A DNA stretch of 64,000 nucleotides, taken from contig CAVQXZ010000005.1 in the NCBI GenBank assembly GCA_963718055.1, forward strand, positions 590,055 through 654,054, written 5' to 3'. A program made the translations under genes and the position numbers. The stretch is from an uncultured Holophagae bacterium (lineage in GTDB: Bacteria; Acidobacteriota; Thermoanaerobaculia; Thermoanaerobaculales; Sulfomarinibacteraceae). Position 1 is the first letter of the stretch. Each line of letters starts with the position of its first letter. This document shows positions 1 through 12,374 of this stretch, one piece after another. Below the pieces are notes generated by a model. That model did not search any database, was not told the origin of the DNA, and worked only from the letters and a program-made list of their open reading frames with translations.

Positions 1-3000
1 GAACGCCACATAGCCGAGCTGGGTCACGCTCGGGGTCCCCAGCACCCCGAGAAAAACCGTGTTCCCGGTGTTCAGATCCACCGCCCGGAGCTCCGCCTGG
101 AAGGTCGCGTTGTTGAACGCCGCCATGTACATCGTCCCCGTCACCGAGTCGAAGTCCATGCCCTGACCGTAGTTCGCGTCAAACCCGATCGACCCGATGA
201 TCGTCCCCGCACCCGTCGACTTGTTGATGCTCAGCAGCGAGTCGTTGACCAAATCGTAGGTGTACAGATTCCCCGCATCGTTCGCCCCGATCCCGATCGA
301 GCACGGCGAGTTCGAAATCGCCCCGATCCGCGTCGCCGTCGCCGTCGTCACGTCAATCGTGAACAGCGACGAAGTCGTGATGTTGCAGCTCGTCGCGTAC
401 ACGTTCCCCGTCGACGGGTCAAACGTCATCCCCGTGTACGTCTCCCCACCAGGCGGCGTCGCCAACGTCCCGATCGACGTCTCCGCTCCCGTCGCCGCAT
501 CCACCGTCATCAGCGTGTTCGTGTCCCTGATCACGTAGGTCTTCGTCAGGTCGCCCCCGACAAAGTCCCCGGCCCAGAAGTAGCTCGTCGCCGGCCCCAG
601 CGTGTTGAGTGTCCCCGGCGTGTCAGAGTCAAAGTAAATGTGCGTCGAAACCGACGCGTCCGTCGAGAACGCAAAGGTCCCAGGCAGCCTCACCAAAAGG
701 TTCGGCTCCCCAGCCGCCGCGGTCCGCATCGCCTCCTCCGGCGCCGGACCAAACGACGGCGCCGCCTTCCCGCGTGGGAAGTCACCGTTGCTCGCCGGAA
801 TCTCGATCGGCGGCGCCTCCTCGATGTCCCACAGCAGATCCGACGCTCCCACGTTGCCAATCGTCATCGGCAGCGTCACCACCGTGTTCGTCATCTGGCT
901 CGACGCCAAACTCGTCGGATTCACCGTAATGTCCGGATCCGAGGTCAACACTGAGGCCGTGTCACTGTCCGATGCCTCCACCGTCTCCGTCGGCGTGTAA
1001 CGCACCGCCAGTGGCGTCGGCAGGTCTTCGGTGCCGTAGTAGTACTGCACACCCACCGTCCCGTCCTGGTTCTCGACCCCCGCCGAGTGGTTGCTGCCGT
1101 CCCCTGTTGCCAGCGCCGCCTGATAGTGCACCTCGATTACACCCGTCGTCTCGTACAGCTTGAACTGCATCGTCACCGGGAGGTTGCCCGGAGAGCAACA
1201 GTGCGGCACGTTGGTGAACTGGACGATGCAACCGGCGGTTCGGGCGCGGATCCCCAGAGTCTGGTAGGTGACCGGGCCGCCTCCAGGCGGGTAAAAATCA
1301 TCCCACCAACCCGCAATGACGCCGTCGGGATCACCAGCGGTCGGAATCGGCTGACCAGTGCAGCAGCCGCTGTTCTGCCCCGGCAGCACCGTCAGGAACC
1401 CGTTGGAGCTGACGTAGATGTCCGAGTAGCCCGTCCCGTAGTAGTCGAACGTGAAGCCCAGCGGAATCGCGCCGCTCACCTCGTCGTCGCCCAGCGCGAA
1501 TCGCCGTCCCACTGGTCGAGATGTCCTCCCAGTTGTAGGGGATCGTGTCGTCCATCTGGTACCCGCCGACCGCGGTCGCCGCGGTCCAGGTCCCAGTGTT
1601 CACCACCGGACCCGAGACCACGTCCGGAACGATCACCTCCGGACTGAACGCCCCCGGCGCCAGCACGTACGGCAGATCGTCGAGAATCTCGCCCAGCTGG
1701 TCGTCATCCAAATCGTGGAAGTTGAACGTCACATCACCCGTGTTCTCAGCCACATAGCAGTAGTACACCGTGGTCCCAGTGCTCACCGTCACCGTGTCCG
1801 TCGCCGCGCACACCCCAGGCACTGTACCCACCGTCTTCGTCAGCTCGATCGACGGGCCCTCACCTCCAAATACATCCAGCGTCACCGGCACGACCACCAG
1901 GTTGGTGCCGTTGCCCGGACCGGGGTCCGGATCGTCGCTGAAGGCGCACAGGTTCGCGTTGTAGGTGCCGGTCGCAAGACCGCTCGAGTCGAAGGTCACC
2001 TGGACCGGCGTCGAGCCTCCGCCAGGGATGGTGCCGCTGGTCGGCACCTCGCTGAGCCATGGGACGTCGGCCGGATTGGCACAGTCCACCTGCTCCCCGC
2101 CGGCCAGCCACAGGATGGCGTTGTGCACGACATCCGGCATCTGGCCGGTGTACAGGAAGTAGTAGCCCACGTAGCCGGCGATGGTCGCCACGCTCTGTCG
2201 TCCTTGACGGCCACGGCAGCTCGTTGTCCGCCCAGCGCGCCACCTCCGACGAACCGGCGGTAAGGCCGTGCCGGTCGCCCGGTAGTACTGTCGCAGACGT
2301 CGGTGACGCCGGCCATGATCGGGTGGGCCGGGTTGTAGGTGCCCAGGCACGAGTTGCTGAAGGCGGTAGCTGGTCGTCGTCATGGCCGAGTAGCCCGGGT
2401 GCGGAAGCGGCCCTGGTAGCCCCAGCCCGGATCGATGCCGAACATCAGGTCGATGACCTTGCCGCCCGCGTCCACATAGTCGGCCAGCACGTCGCCGATG
2501 GCGGTCGGATCGGCGAACAGTAGTTGGACCAGACCAGGACCACGTCGTAGGTCTGGAGCTCGGCCAGGGTCGGCGTGGTGGCGCGCGGATCGTAGAGGTA
2601 TCACCGCCCAGGTCGCCGTAGGCCTGGAGCAGCGTCTGGATCGGGCTGCTACCGTAGGTATTGTCGTCGTCGGCCGCCAGCAGCAGCACGTTCGGCGGCA
2701 CGTAGGTGAGTGCACGCCGCTGTATGGCGTAGGTGCCTTCTGGCCGCTGGGTGTAATGGCCGGTCACGGCCGTCCCCTCCGGCGCCTCGGTCGGGCCGGC
2801 CGGGACCGTGACGTACACGGTGTCCAGGATCAGGGGCTCCTCGCCCAGGTTCCAATCCAGGCTGCCGCCGCCGGTGTTGGCGATGGTCAGGGTCTGTTGG
2901 GTCGTGGTGTTCTGCGCCTGCGTGCTGCTCAGGTTGAGCGGGCTCACGTCGATGTTCGCAACCTGGGTCTCGGTGACGGTGAGCGACATTGGCACCACGA

Positions 3001-6000
3001 CCAGGCTGGTTCCATTGCCGGGTCCGACGTCGGGGTCGTTGCTCGCCAGGCACAGGTTGGCCGTGTAGCTTCCAGCCGCCAGGCCGGTCGAGTCGAAGGT
3101 CACTGTGACCGGAGTCGAGTCGCCGCCGGCGGTGGTCCCGTCGACAGGAGCCTCGCTCAGCCACGGCACATCGGCCGGGGCACTGCACACCTCGCCGCCA
3201 CCGATGGTGCCGTTGAGACGGAAGATCTGGTCAGGATTGGTCCCGACGCCACACTGCGTGACCCGCGGGCCCCAGTCGGTGCAGGTGGTGCCGAAGCCGC
3301 CACCCGGGTTCCGCCAGGCCCCCGCGCTGGTGGACTGCACGGTGCGCTCGGTCCAGCCCCACTGGCCGCCGACGCTGAAGTCCATCCTGGCCTGCACTGA
3401 CACCCAGTAGGTGCCTGCAGGCAGGACCGCCGGCACCGTCAGGTCGATCGTGAAGGATCCGAGGCCGCCGGGATCAGTCGGCACCAGACCGATGGCGCTG
3501 TAGACCTCGGCGCCGGGCAGACCTGCGGCGTCCAGGTAGAAGTAGACGTTGACCGCCGGCGCCGGGCCGGTGCCATTGAAGTAGGCGCCGGCGACCTCGA
3601 CCTGTTCGATCGTCCATGCGACGTCGCCGGTCGGGATCACGAAGTCGTCCGCCGCCTGGTTGTCGAAGGCATCGTTGGAGGCTTCGAAGTCCTGCGAGGT
3701 GATGCTGTTGGCGCCGGGGTTGTCGGTCTGGTCGTAGAGCACGGCCTCCGGACCGTTGTAGCGCGGCAGCTCGTTTCCAGCGGGGCCGATTGTGAGGATG
3801 GAGCTGTTCTGAGCCTGCTGGTTCTCGCCGGTGGGGCTCCCCACCATCCAGGCCATCGGACCGCGGACGCGGACCGGGACCAGAAGGTTCGGCTCCTCGG
3901 CCAGGGTCCACGTCAGGTCCTGCTCGCCGGTGTTGGCGATGGTCAGGGTCTGCTGGGTCGTGGTGTTGGGGGCCTGAGTGCTGGCGAGGCTCAGCGGAGA
4001 CACGTCGATGTTCGGCGGTGTCTGCATGACGCACTGGACGTGGCGGTTCGCCAGACCAGTGTAGTTGAAGCTGGAGGTTGAGCCGCCCACAGCGTAGATC
4101 TGATTGTCGAGAGTGACGGCGCTGGTGCGGTAGACCGCACCCGCGGCGAGGTTGCCGCCGTCTGCCCAGGCACCGGCCGTGACGTCGAAGAAGCTGGTGT
4201 TCGCGATGGAAGACCCCAACGGGCCTGTGCCGCCGGTCACCCAGAGCTGCGTCGAGCCCTCGTGCACCTTCTGCGCGTAGCCCATGGCCCAAAGGGTCCC
4301 GCTCAGGGGGCCCAGGTCGGCATTCTCGGCGCCCCAGGTGCCTGCCACGAAGTCGTAGCACTGGGTGGTCGCCGTGGCGATGCTCGAGCTGTTGACACCC
4401 CCAGCCACGCACAGCAGCTTGCGGTTCGTGGCGTCTCTGAACACCCAGGCGGCGTGGAAACCGCGCGTTGAAGTGAAGTTGGGCAGCGGCGTCAGCCACG
4501 CGTTGGTGGCCGGGTCGTAGACGTTGACGGTGGTCAGGTTGCCTCCACCCGCCACGCTTGCGCCGCCGGTCAGGTAGCAGTAGCCGGTCTCGGCGTCAGC
4601 GGCCCAGGCCGGGGTCCAGATGCCGGTCGTGGCGGGCGGCGTGCCGCCGGGCGTCTCCTGCGCCCAGGTGGTGGTCGCCATGTCGTAGGACCACAGGCCG
4701 GTGAAGCCGGCCGTGGACGTGTCGCCGTACATGAAGACCTTGCTGCCGGCCTGGCAGCCCGAGTGGGCGTAGTTGCCGAGGAAGGTCGGTGGTGTGCCGA
4801 CGATCGTCCAGGTGTTCGTGGCCGGATCGTAGTAGCGCACGTCGCAGGTTGGCGCCGTAGCCGGTGATCGACCACACGTAGCCGCCCCACGCGCCCAGAA
4901 CGTTGTCCATGCGGCCGCTGTTGGGCTCGCTGGCGATCTGCTCCCAGTAGATGTTGGCAGCGATGGTCGCAAACGTGGCCGAGTCAGCCCAGCCGTAGGT
5001 CTGGCCGAGGGCGGTGACGGTGGCCGTGTCGCTGCCGGTCGTCCAGGGGAGGTCCACGCGTCACGGTGACCTGGGCGGAGGCGCCGGCGCCGAGCGCAAG
5101 CTGCCACGGATTCGGCGTCGTATCCCAGAGCTGTCCGGAGATGCTGAAGTCGAACGTGTCGCCGTTCGGCGTCATGTTGGTCAGGCTCAGGCCGTCGTAG
5201 ATGACGGTGCTGCCGGGACAGCCTGTCTTGGCGCCGTTGGGCCCGAAGGACACGTACGGGCAGGGGTACCAGCCCTCGGCGAGGCCGGCGTCGTCCAAGT
5301 AGAAGTTGTTGCCGTAGGCGCTGATGCCCAGGAAGCCGAGGTAGACGCCGTTGATGTTGTAGCCCGCTGGCAGCACGATACCGTGCTCCTTCCAGCAAGC
5401 GGTCGGGCACGAGGCGTCGTAGCGCAGCACGGGCGCGCCCACGTCGACCCAGGTGACGCCGTCGGTCGAGACCTGGACCTGGAGGCGGTCGGCGGTCGTC
5501 GTGTATCCGGTGTCGTGCGACATCCAGAACACGACTTGGGGCGCCTGGAATGCGCTCAGATCGAGCGCGTTGGTCCACAGCCGGGCCATCCCGCCGCTTT
5601 GGGTGCTGTAGGAGTTGTACTTCGCCATGTAGGTGCCACTGTGCGGGTTGATCGCCGGCGAGGTTCCGACGGTCACCTGGCTCCAGTCGGGGTCGGTGCC
5701 TGGGTCGAAAACGATCGTCTCGGTCCAGCCCGGCGGCGGGACGCTGACCTCAAAGCCGTCCAGGGGCAAGGGGGTGCCCCCCGCAAGAAACGTCGAGGCC
5801 GACTTGGTCACCGCGCCGCCGAACAGACCCGGATCGTCCATCGTCGCCTGGTTGACCACAGTCGTGCCGCAGGCCACAACGTCGGTGTCGACCGAGAAGC
5901 TGACCGTGACCTCGCCGGCGACGGCCACGTTGCCGTCCCACTCGATCTGGTTGGGGCCGGCGTTGTAGCTGCACGAGCCGGCGCTGCACGCCACAGACCC

Positions 6001-7021
6001 CGCGACATAGGTCGTGCCGGCCGGGATCGGGTCGACCAGCGTCGCCGTGGTGGCGGCGGCGGTGCCCGAGTTGACGATGTGGACGACGTAGGCGAGTTGG
6101 TCACCAATGACCGCCCCCGCCGGCGCCGTCTTGTACGAGGTGGTGAAGTTCGGGCTCGGCGGGATCGGCGTCCAGCTCCAGGTCAGGCCCGAGGGAGGGA
6201 GGTAGGCGTTGCTCAGCGTCACCGTGGAGGTGTTGAGCGTGCCGGCGGCGGTAGTGGTCCAGCCGGTCGCTGCTCGAGCGGTTGTTGAAGTCAGCGTTCG
6301 AGGCGCCCCTCAGCCCGACCTGAACAAGAATGCTCCCCGCACCCATCGAGAAGTTGCCGTAAACTACCTCGACCAGGTTGGTGGTCTCGTACAGTCGGAT
6401 CTGGAAGTTGTAGATCTGGTCCGGGGCGCCGTAGTGGCGGAAGTTCTTCCACTGCACGACGGCCACGCGGTTCGGCGCCGCGCCGAGCGTCTCCAGCCGG
6501 ATCTCTGAGTTGGTGGTGTTGGTCTGGAGGTCATGGCCTTGGGCCACCACGATGTTGTTGGTCGAGCCGCCGCTGATCGGGGTGTAGGAGCTCGAGACCG
6601 TCGCGCCCATGGCGAGGAAGCCGTTGCACTGGACGCTGACAGCCGTGTAGCCCACGCCGTTGAAGGTGAAGGTGAATGGGATGGCGTTGGCGTTGTAGTT
6701 GTTGTCGTCACAGACGGTGGTCAACTGCGTCCCACCCGTGATCTCGGTGTAGGTGCCGGTGATCTGGCTCCAGCCGTAGTCGGTCGCCACACCTTCGACT
6801 CCTGCCTTGGCAGGCAGCCCCGGCGTGTCGTCGGGCGGCTCCTTCCCCGGGGGTAGCTGCTCGGCGGCCTTGGCCGCCTCAGCGACTGCGACCGCGTCAT
6901 CCGCGCCGACGCTGGCCCTCGCCACCGCGGCACCCATGTCCTGCGCGGCCGCGCAGATCGGCAGCAGCGACAGCAGCATTGCGAGCATCACCACAACCAT
7001 CCGACCGTCCCTGTGTTGCAT
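1..7021 (-). CDS. Giant secreted modular protein A (nidogen-like, DUF11-like, cleaved-adhesin-like, Kelch, 3 BACON-like scaffolds with inserts); runs off window start; frameshifted
   Basis: ATG at 7021 with AAGGAG RBS and signal peptide [27 protein letters not shown]. Continuous homologous coding across ORFs 6101-7150, 4984-6222, 4596-5057 and 1331-5578. Positions 1-1000 closely match the 3' part of gene B (about 7660-8655). Confidence 0.85.
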
Positions 7022-7215
7022 GATCAGGTACTCCTTCTTCCCCCTGAGGCATTGCTCTTCACCCCGCCGCACGACGTCGCCGCAGCCCGGCAGGGGTGGA
7101 TGTACACATTCGCCCAAAAGTCTGGCGTTGGCTCGCGTGAAACCGCGCACGTTGCTGTGCGCTGCGTGGCCACCACCATCCTCCTCCGTGTCTCGTAGTT
7201 GAGACTGATGATAAA

Positions 7216-7265
7216 AGTGACACCTGTCACAAAGCAGTCTAGTTGCGACTCGTCGGCTGAGTCAA
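7216..7265 (-). promoter_or_regulatory. Sigma70-like promoter of gene A plus palindromic operator
   Basis: Minus strand TTGACT(7265-7260)-N18-TAGACT(7241-7236). AGTGA-CACCTG-TCACA palindrome at 7216-7231 just downstream of the -10. Confidence 0.6.
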
Positions 7266-7337
7266 GCGATTCCCCTCGGATTCCCGGGGCTCCGCCTGAC
7301 CGGGCCCGGCCAGCGCAGCGACCGGGTGGCGGCAGAG

Positions 7338-7367
7338 AAAAAGCCGCCACCCCGGGGGGTGGCGGCT
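7338..7367 (-). terminator. Rho-independent terminator of gene B
   Basis: Minus strand AGCCGCCACCCC-loop-GGGGTGGCGGCTTTTT; same hairpin follows genes C, D and E. Confidence 0.9.
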
Positions 7368-7410
7368 GGTTGGTCCATGTTCGCGCGGGGTTGCCCGCGC
7401 ACTGTCTCCC

Positions 7411-10400
7411 CTACTCGATCGAAATCCCCATCAGCTCGACCGGAATCACCACCTCCATCTGCACCGGCACCTCCACGATCGGCTCGTCCGGATCGTTGCT
7501 GTTCACGCACAGCACCCCGTCGTACGTCCCGACCGCGATCCCCGTCGAATCAAACGTAACGTCCACCGGGTTCGTCCCGCCAGGAATCGTCGTCCCAGCC
7601 GTCGGATTCACGCTCAACCACGGCAGATCCGACGGGCTCGAGCACGGCCCGCCCGACTGGAATGCGACATAGCCGAGCTGGGTCCCCGGGGTCCCCAGCA
7701 CCCCCAGCAGCGTCGTGTTCCCCGTTGCGAGGTCCACCGCCCGGAGCTCCGCCAGGAAGGTCCCATTGTTGAACGCCGCCATGTACATCGTCCCCGTCAC
7801 CGAGTCGAAGTCCATCCCCTGACCGTAGTTCGCGTCAAACCCGATCGACCCGATGATCGTCCCCGCACCCGTTGACTTGTTGATGCTCAGGAGCGAGTCG
7901 TTGACCAAATCGTAGGTGTACAGATTCCCCGAATCGTTCGCCCCGATCCCAATCGAGCACGGCGAGTTGGTGATCGCACCAATCCGCGTCGCCGTCGCCG
8001 TCGTCACGTCAATCGTGAACAACGACGAAGTCGTGATGTTGCAGCTCGTCGCGTACACGTTCCCCGTCGACGGGTCAAACGTCATCCCCGTGTACGTCTC
8101 CCCACCAGGCGGCGTCGCCAACGTCCCGATCGACGTCTCCGCTCCCGTCGCCGCATCCACCGTCATCAGCGTGCTCGTGTCCCTGATCACGTAGGTCTTC
8201 GTCAGGTCGCCCCCGACAAAGTCCCCGGCCCAGAAGTAGCTCGTCGCCGGACCGAGAGTGTTCAGTGTCCCCGGCGTGTCAGAGTCAAAGTAGATGTGGG
8301 TCGAGACCGACGCGTCCGTCGAGAACGCAAAGGTCCCAGGCAGCCTCACCAGAAGGTTCGGCTCCCCAGCCGCCACGGTCGCCATGCTCTCCTCGGGTGC
8401 CCGAGCAAACGACGGCGCCGCCTTCCCGCGTGGGAAGTCACCGTTGCTCGCCGGAATCTCGATCGGCGCCGCCTCCTCGATGTCCCACACCAGATCCGAG
8501 GCACCGACGTTGCCGATCGTCATCGGCAGCGTCACCACCGTGTTCGTCATCTGGCTCGACGCCAGGCTCGCCGGTGTCACCGTAATGTCCGGATCCGAGG
8601 TCAACACTGAGGCCGTGTCACTGTCCGTCGCCTCCACCGTCTCCGTCGGCGTGTACCTCACCGCCTCCGGCGTCGTCAACGACGCAGTCCCCAGGTAGAA
8701 CTGCAACCCAACCGTACCATCCGCATTCTCCACACCAGCCGAGTGCGTCCCACCGTCCGACGGCGCCGCCTGGTAGTGCACCTCGATCACACCCGTCGTC
8801 TCGTACAGCTTGTACTGCAACGTCACCGGGTTGCCGCTGCCATAGTGCTGGATGTTCGTGAACTGCACGATCAGCACGCCGATTCGGCCCGCTCCCCATC
8901 GTCTGATAGTGGACCGTGCCGCCCGCTGACGGATTCATGTCCTCCCACCACCCCGCAATCATCGCGTCCGGCGACCCCACACTTGGAATCGGCTGCCCAG
9001 TGCAACACCCAGTGTTGCCGTCGTTGAGCATCGTCACAAAACCGTTCGAACTCACGTAGGCGGTCGTGTACCCAGTCTCATAAAAGTCAAACGTGAACCC
9101 GATCGGCGCCGGCAGCACCGAGTCGTCGCTGAGAGCCAGCGGCGTGCCCGTCCCCGAGATGTCCTCGAAGTTGTACGTGAATCGTGTCGTCCACGGCGTA
9201 GCCGCCGACCGCGGTCGCCGCGGTCCAGGTCCCGGTGTTCACCACCGGACCCGACACCACGTCCGCAACGATCACCTCCGGACTGAACGCCCCGGGCGCC
9301 AGCACGTACGGCAGATCGTTGAGAATCACACCCAGCTGGTCGTCGTCAAGATCGTGGAAGTTGAACGTCACGTCACCAGTGTTCTCAACCTGGTAGCAGT
9401 AGTACACCGTCGTCCCGGTGCTCACCGTGATCGAGTCCGTCGTCGCACACACACCAGGCACCACACCGACGGTCTTGTTCAACTCGATCGCGGCGCCCTG
9501 CCCGGCGATCACCTCCATGGTCACCGGCACCGGCACCACGCCCTCGTCCGGGTCGTCGCTGAAGACGCACAGCGTGGCGTGAGTACATCCCCACGGCCTA
9601 GCCGGTGGAGTCGAAGCTCACGGTGACCGGCTGGACCCCCGCCGGAGCGATCGAACCACTGATCGGGTTGGCACTGAGCCACGGCACGTCCGCCAGGGCG
9701 CCGCAGATCGCCGGCATCCCCTCGATGATGAACGGCAGCCCCTGCGGGCCAACGTCGATGAAGTTAGCCCAGACTCCCGTGGACACGGTCTGCTGCATCG
9801 CGTTGCCGGTCGTGGTCTGACCGAGAATCGTGATCGCCGGCGCCCACGGGCCGGAGGCCAGGCTGCCGCCGACCTGCCAGTCGAGCCAGTAGGTGCCCGC
9901 CGGCAGCACCGTGTTCACCGTGCCGACCGCCGTCATGATCGGACGGTTGCATCGTGGTCAGGGTTGTGTCCGTCACTCGATAGATGTTCGTCCACGTCGT
10001 GCTGGTCAGGATGTTGGTCGTGGTGTCACCCCAGATCACGCTGCCTCCGGCGTTCGGCGGGCCGTCCCAGATCTGCAGGTTGAGCGAGGTGATGGTGGAG
10101 GTGGTCGTGGAGCCGGTCTGGTAGGGGAAGAAGGTGATGGTGTCGATGTCCCAGCCGGCGGGGTCGGTGACGGTGAAGTCGTCGGCAACCCGGTAACCGG
10201 TTGACAAGGAGCAGCTGGTTCCAAAGGTGGTCATGCCGAGCGCCGTCTGCAAGGCGCTGGCGTCGGCGCCGCCGCCGCCCTGTCCGGGGTGGGTCACCAG
10301 GGGCCCGTTGTCGTACAGCACGAGCTCGGGCCCGACCCACTCCACCGTCTCGGGGAACCACTCCGGCGCCTTGTCCGGCGGACCTTCACCGAGCCGCTCC

Positions 10401-12042
10401 ACCGCCATGCGCGGGGTCGCCGGGGCCGGCAGGCTCCCCGATCGGCGGGAACACGATTGCCTCCACCGGCTCCTCATCAAGTGACCAGTTCAGGACCGCC
10501 GTGCCCACGTTGCCGAGCGTCAACGGCAGGTTGACCACCGTGTTCGGCGCCTGCACGCTCGCCAGACTGGCCGGATCCACCGTGATGTCCGGATCGGAGA
10601 TCGTCACCGTCGCCGTCGCAACCGCCGACGCCTCCTGCGGCACCGTCGGCGTGTAGCGAATCGCCAGCGGCGTGGTGAGCGCCGCGGTGCCGTTGTAGTA
10701 CTGCGCCGCGACCGTGCCCGTCTGGTTCTCGATGCCGGCGGTGTGCGTGCCGCCGTCCGACGGCGCCGCCTGGTAGTGCACCTCGATGATGTTGCTGCCC
10801 TCGAACAGCTTGTACTGCAAGGTCACCAGGTTGCCGCTCGAGTAGTGCGGCACGTTGGTGACCTGGAAGATCAACCGCCGGTTCGGCGCGCTCCCCAGCA
10901 ACTGGTAGTGGTGCGTGCCGCCGCCCGACGGGTTCATGTCCTCCCACCAGCCGGCGATGACGCCGTTGGGGGCCGAGGCGTTCGGGCAGGTTCTGACCCG
11001 AGCAGCAACCGTTGCTGGTCCCGGTCGTCTCCAGGAAGCCGTTCGACGCCGCCCAGAAGTCGGTGTACACCGTTCCGTAGAAGTCAAAGCTGAAGCCGAT
11101 CGGGAACTGCGCCGTCGAGTCGTCCGTCAGCGCGACCGGCGTGCCCGTCCCCGAGATGTCCTCGAAGTTGTACGTGATCGTGTCATCAATCACGTAGCCT
11201 GCGGGCAGATCCGCAGCCGTCCAGGTCGCGGTGTTCGTCACCGTCGCGGTTGCCGTGTCCGGCACGATCACCTCGGGGCTCGATGCCCCCGGCGCCAGCG
11301 TGTACGGGAGGTTGTTCAAGATCGTTCCGAGATGGTCGTCCACCAGATCATGGAGCTCGAAGGTCACGGTGCCCGTGTTCGTCGCCTGGAAGCAGTAGTA
11401 GACATCGGTGCCGGAGCTCACGGTCACGGCGTTGGTCGCCGCGCACACCCCAGGTACCGTCCCCACCGTCTTGGCGAGCGTGATGGCCGGTCCGCCGCCG
11501 CCCGTGCACTCCACGGACGAGAACGTGCCGGCGACTGTGTGGGGGGCGCCGCCGTAGCCGTCGCCGATGATGTTCCAGGGCAGGCTCCAGGGCGCGCCGG
11601 TGCAGTTCGGCACCGTGACGTCGACGCAGAAGTCGAAGTTGGCGCCTGCCGAGCCGCCGACCCACGCGCCGCAGCCGGTGGTCGGGGGGTAGCCGGTGGA
11701 CTGCCAGAAGACCACGTTGCCAGCCCCGTTACCCACCACCGGGGGCAGGGCCCCGCTGCAGCCGTTGGCGACCGGGACGCTGTTGGCGGCGACGGTGCCG
11801 ACGGTCCAGCCGTCCGGCAGGTCGACGTCGAAGTGGTCCATGTACTCAAAATCGGGTGAGATGAAGTTCACCGTGAAGCACAGGGTAACGGTGCTCCCGG
11901 CCGTGAGAGTGATGGGGTTCACGGCGGTGACAGCCGAGCCCTGAATGTTCTCCTGTGCCAGAGCCGGTATGGCGAGTCCTACGATGAGTGCGAGAACGCC
12001 CACACCCAGAGCCAGACGATTCCTACGAGACATCTCAGACAT
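7411..12042 (-). CDS. Giant secreted modular protein B, C-terminus [12 protein letters not shown]; frameshifted
   Basis: ATG at 12042 with GGAGGAGG RBS and signal peptide. ORFs 10477-12042, 10386-11087, 9764-10480, 9598-9936, 9087-9539, 8618-9118 and 7411-8877 tile one protein. Confidence 0.85.
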
Positions 12043-12150
12043 CAGCCTCCTCCTTCCGACCTCGAATTCGCGTGATTCCCTCGTCGATGCATGACATAAA
12101 TCAAAGACAAAGTCTCAAATTGCCACGCCGCCCGTGAAGCTCACTTCGGG

Positions 12151-12185
12151 AGTCTAGAGCATCTGGTTTTGTGATGCAAGTCACC
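12151..12185 (-). promoter_or_regulatory. Sigma70-like promoter of gene B with CRP/FNR-like box over the -35
   Basis: TTGCAT(12179-12174)-N17-TAGACT(12156-12151); TGTGA-TGCAAG-TCACC at 12170-12185. Confidence 0.65.
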
Positions 12186-12300
12186 AGCCGTTTTCGCGCC
12201 GGCGCCCTGCGCATCCCCCGCGGCCGGGGAAACCTACGGGGGGCTGCCAACGTCAGCGGCGGCCATCGGCGAACCCTGTGCGCACGGCGACGAGATGACG

Positions 12301-12330
12301 AAAAAGCCGCCACCCCGGAGGGTGGCGGCT
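12301..12330 (-). terminator. Rho-independent terminator of gene C
   Basis: Plus strand AAAAAGCCGCCACCCCGGAGGGTGGCGGCT. Confidence 0.9.
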
Positions 12331-12374
12331 GGTTGGTTGCTGTTGGCGCGGGGTTGCCCGCGCGTCGTTGTTCG

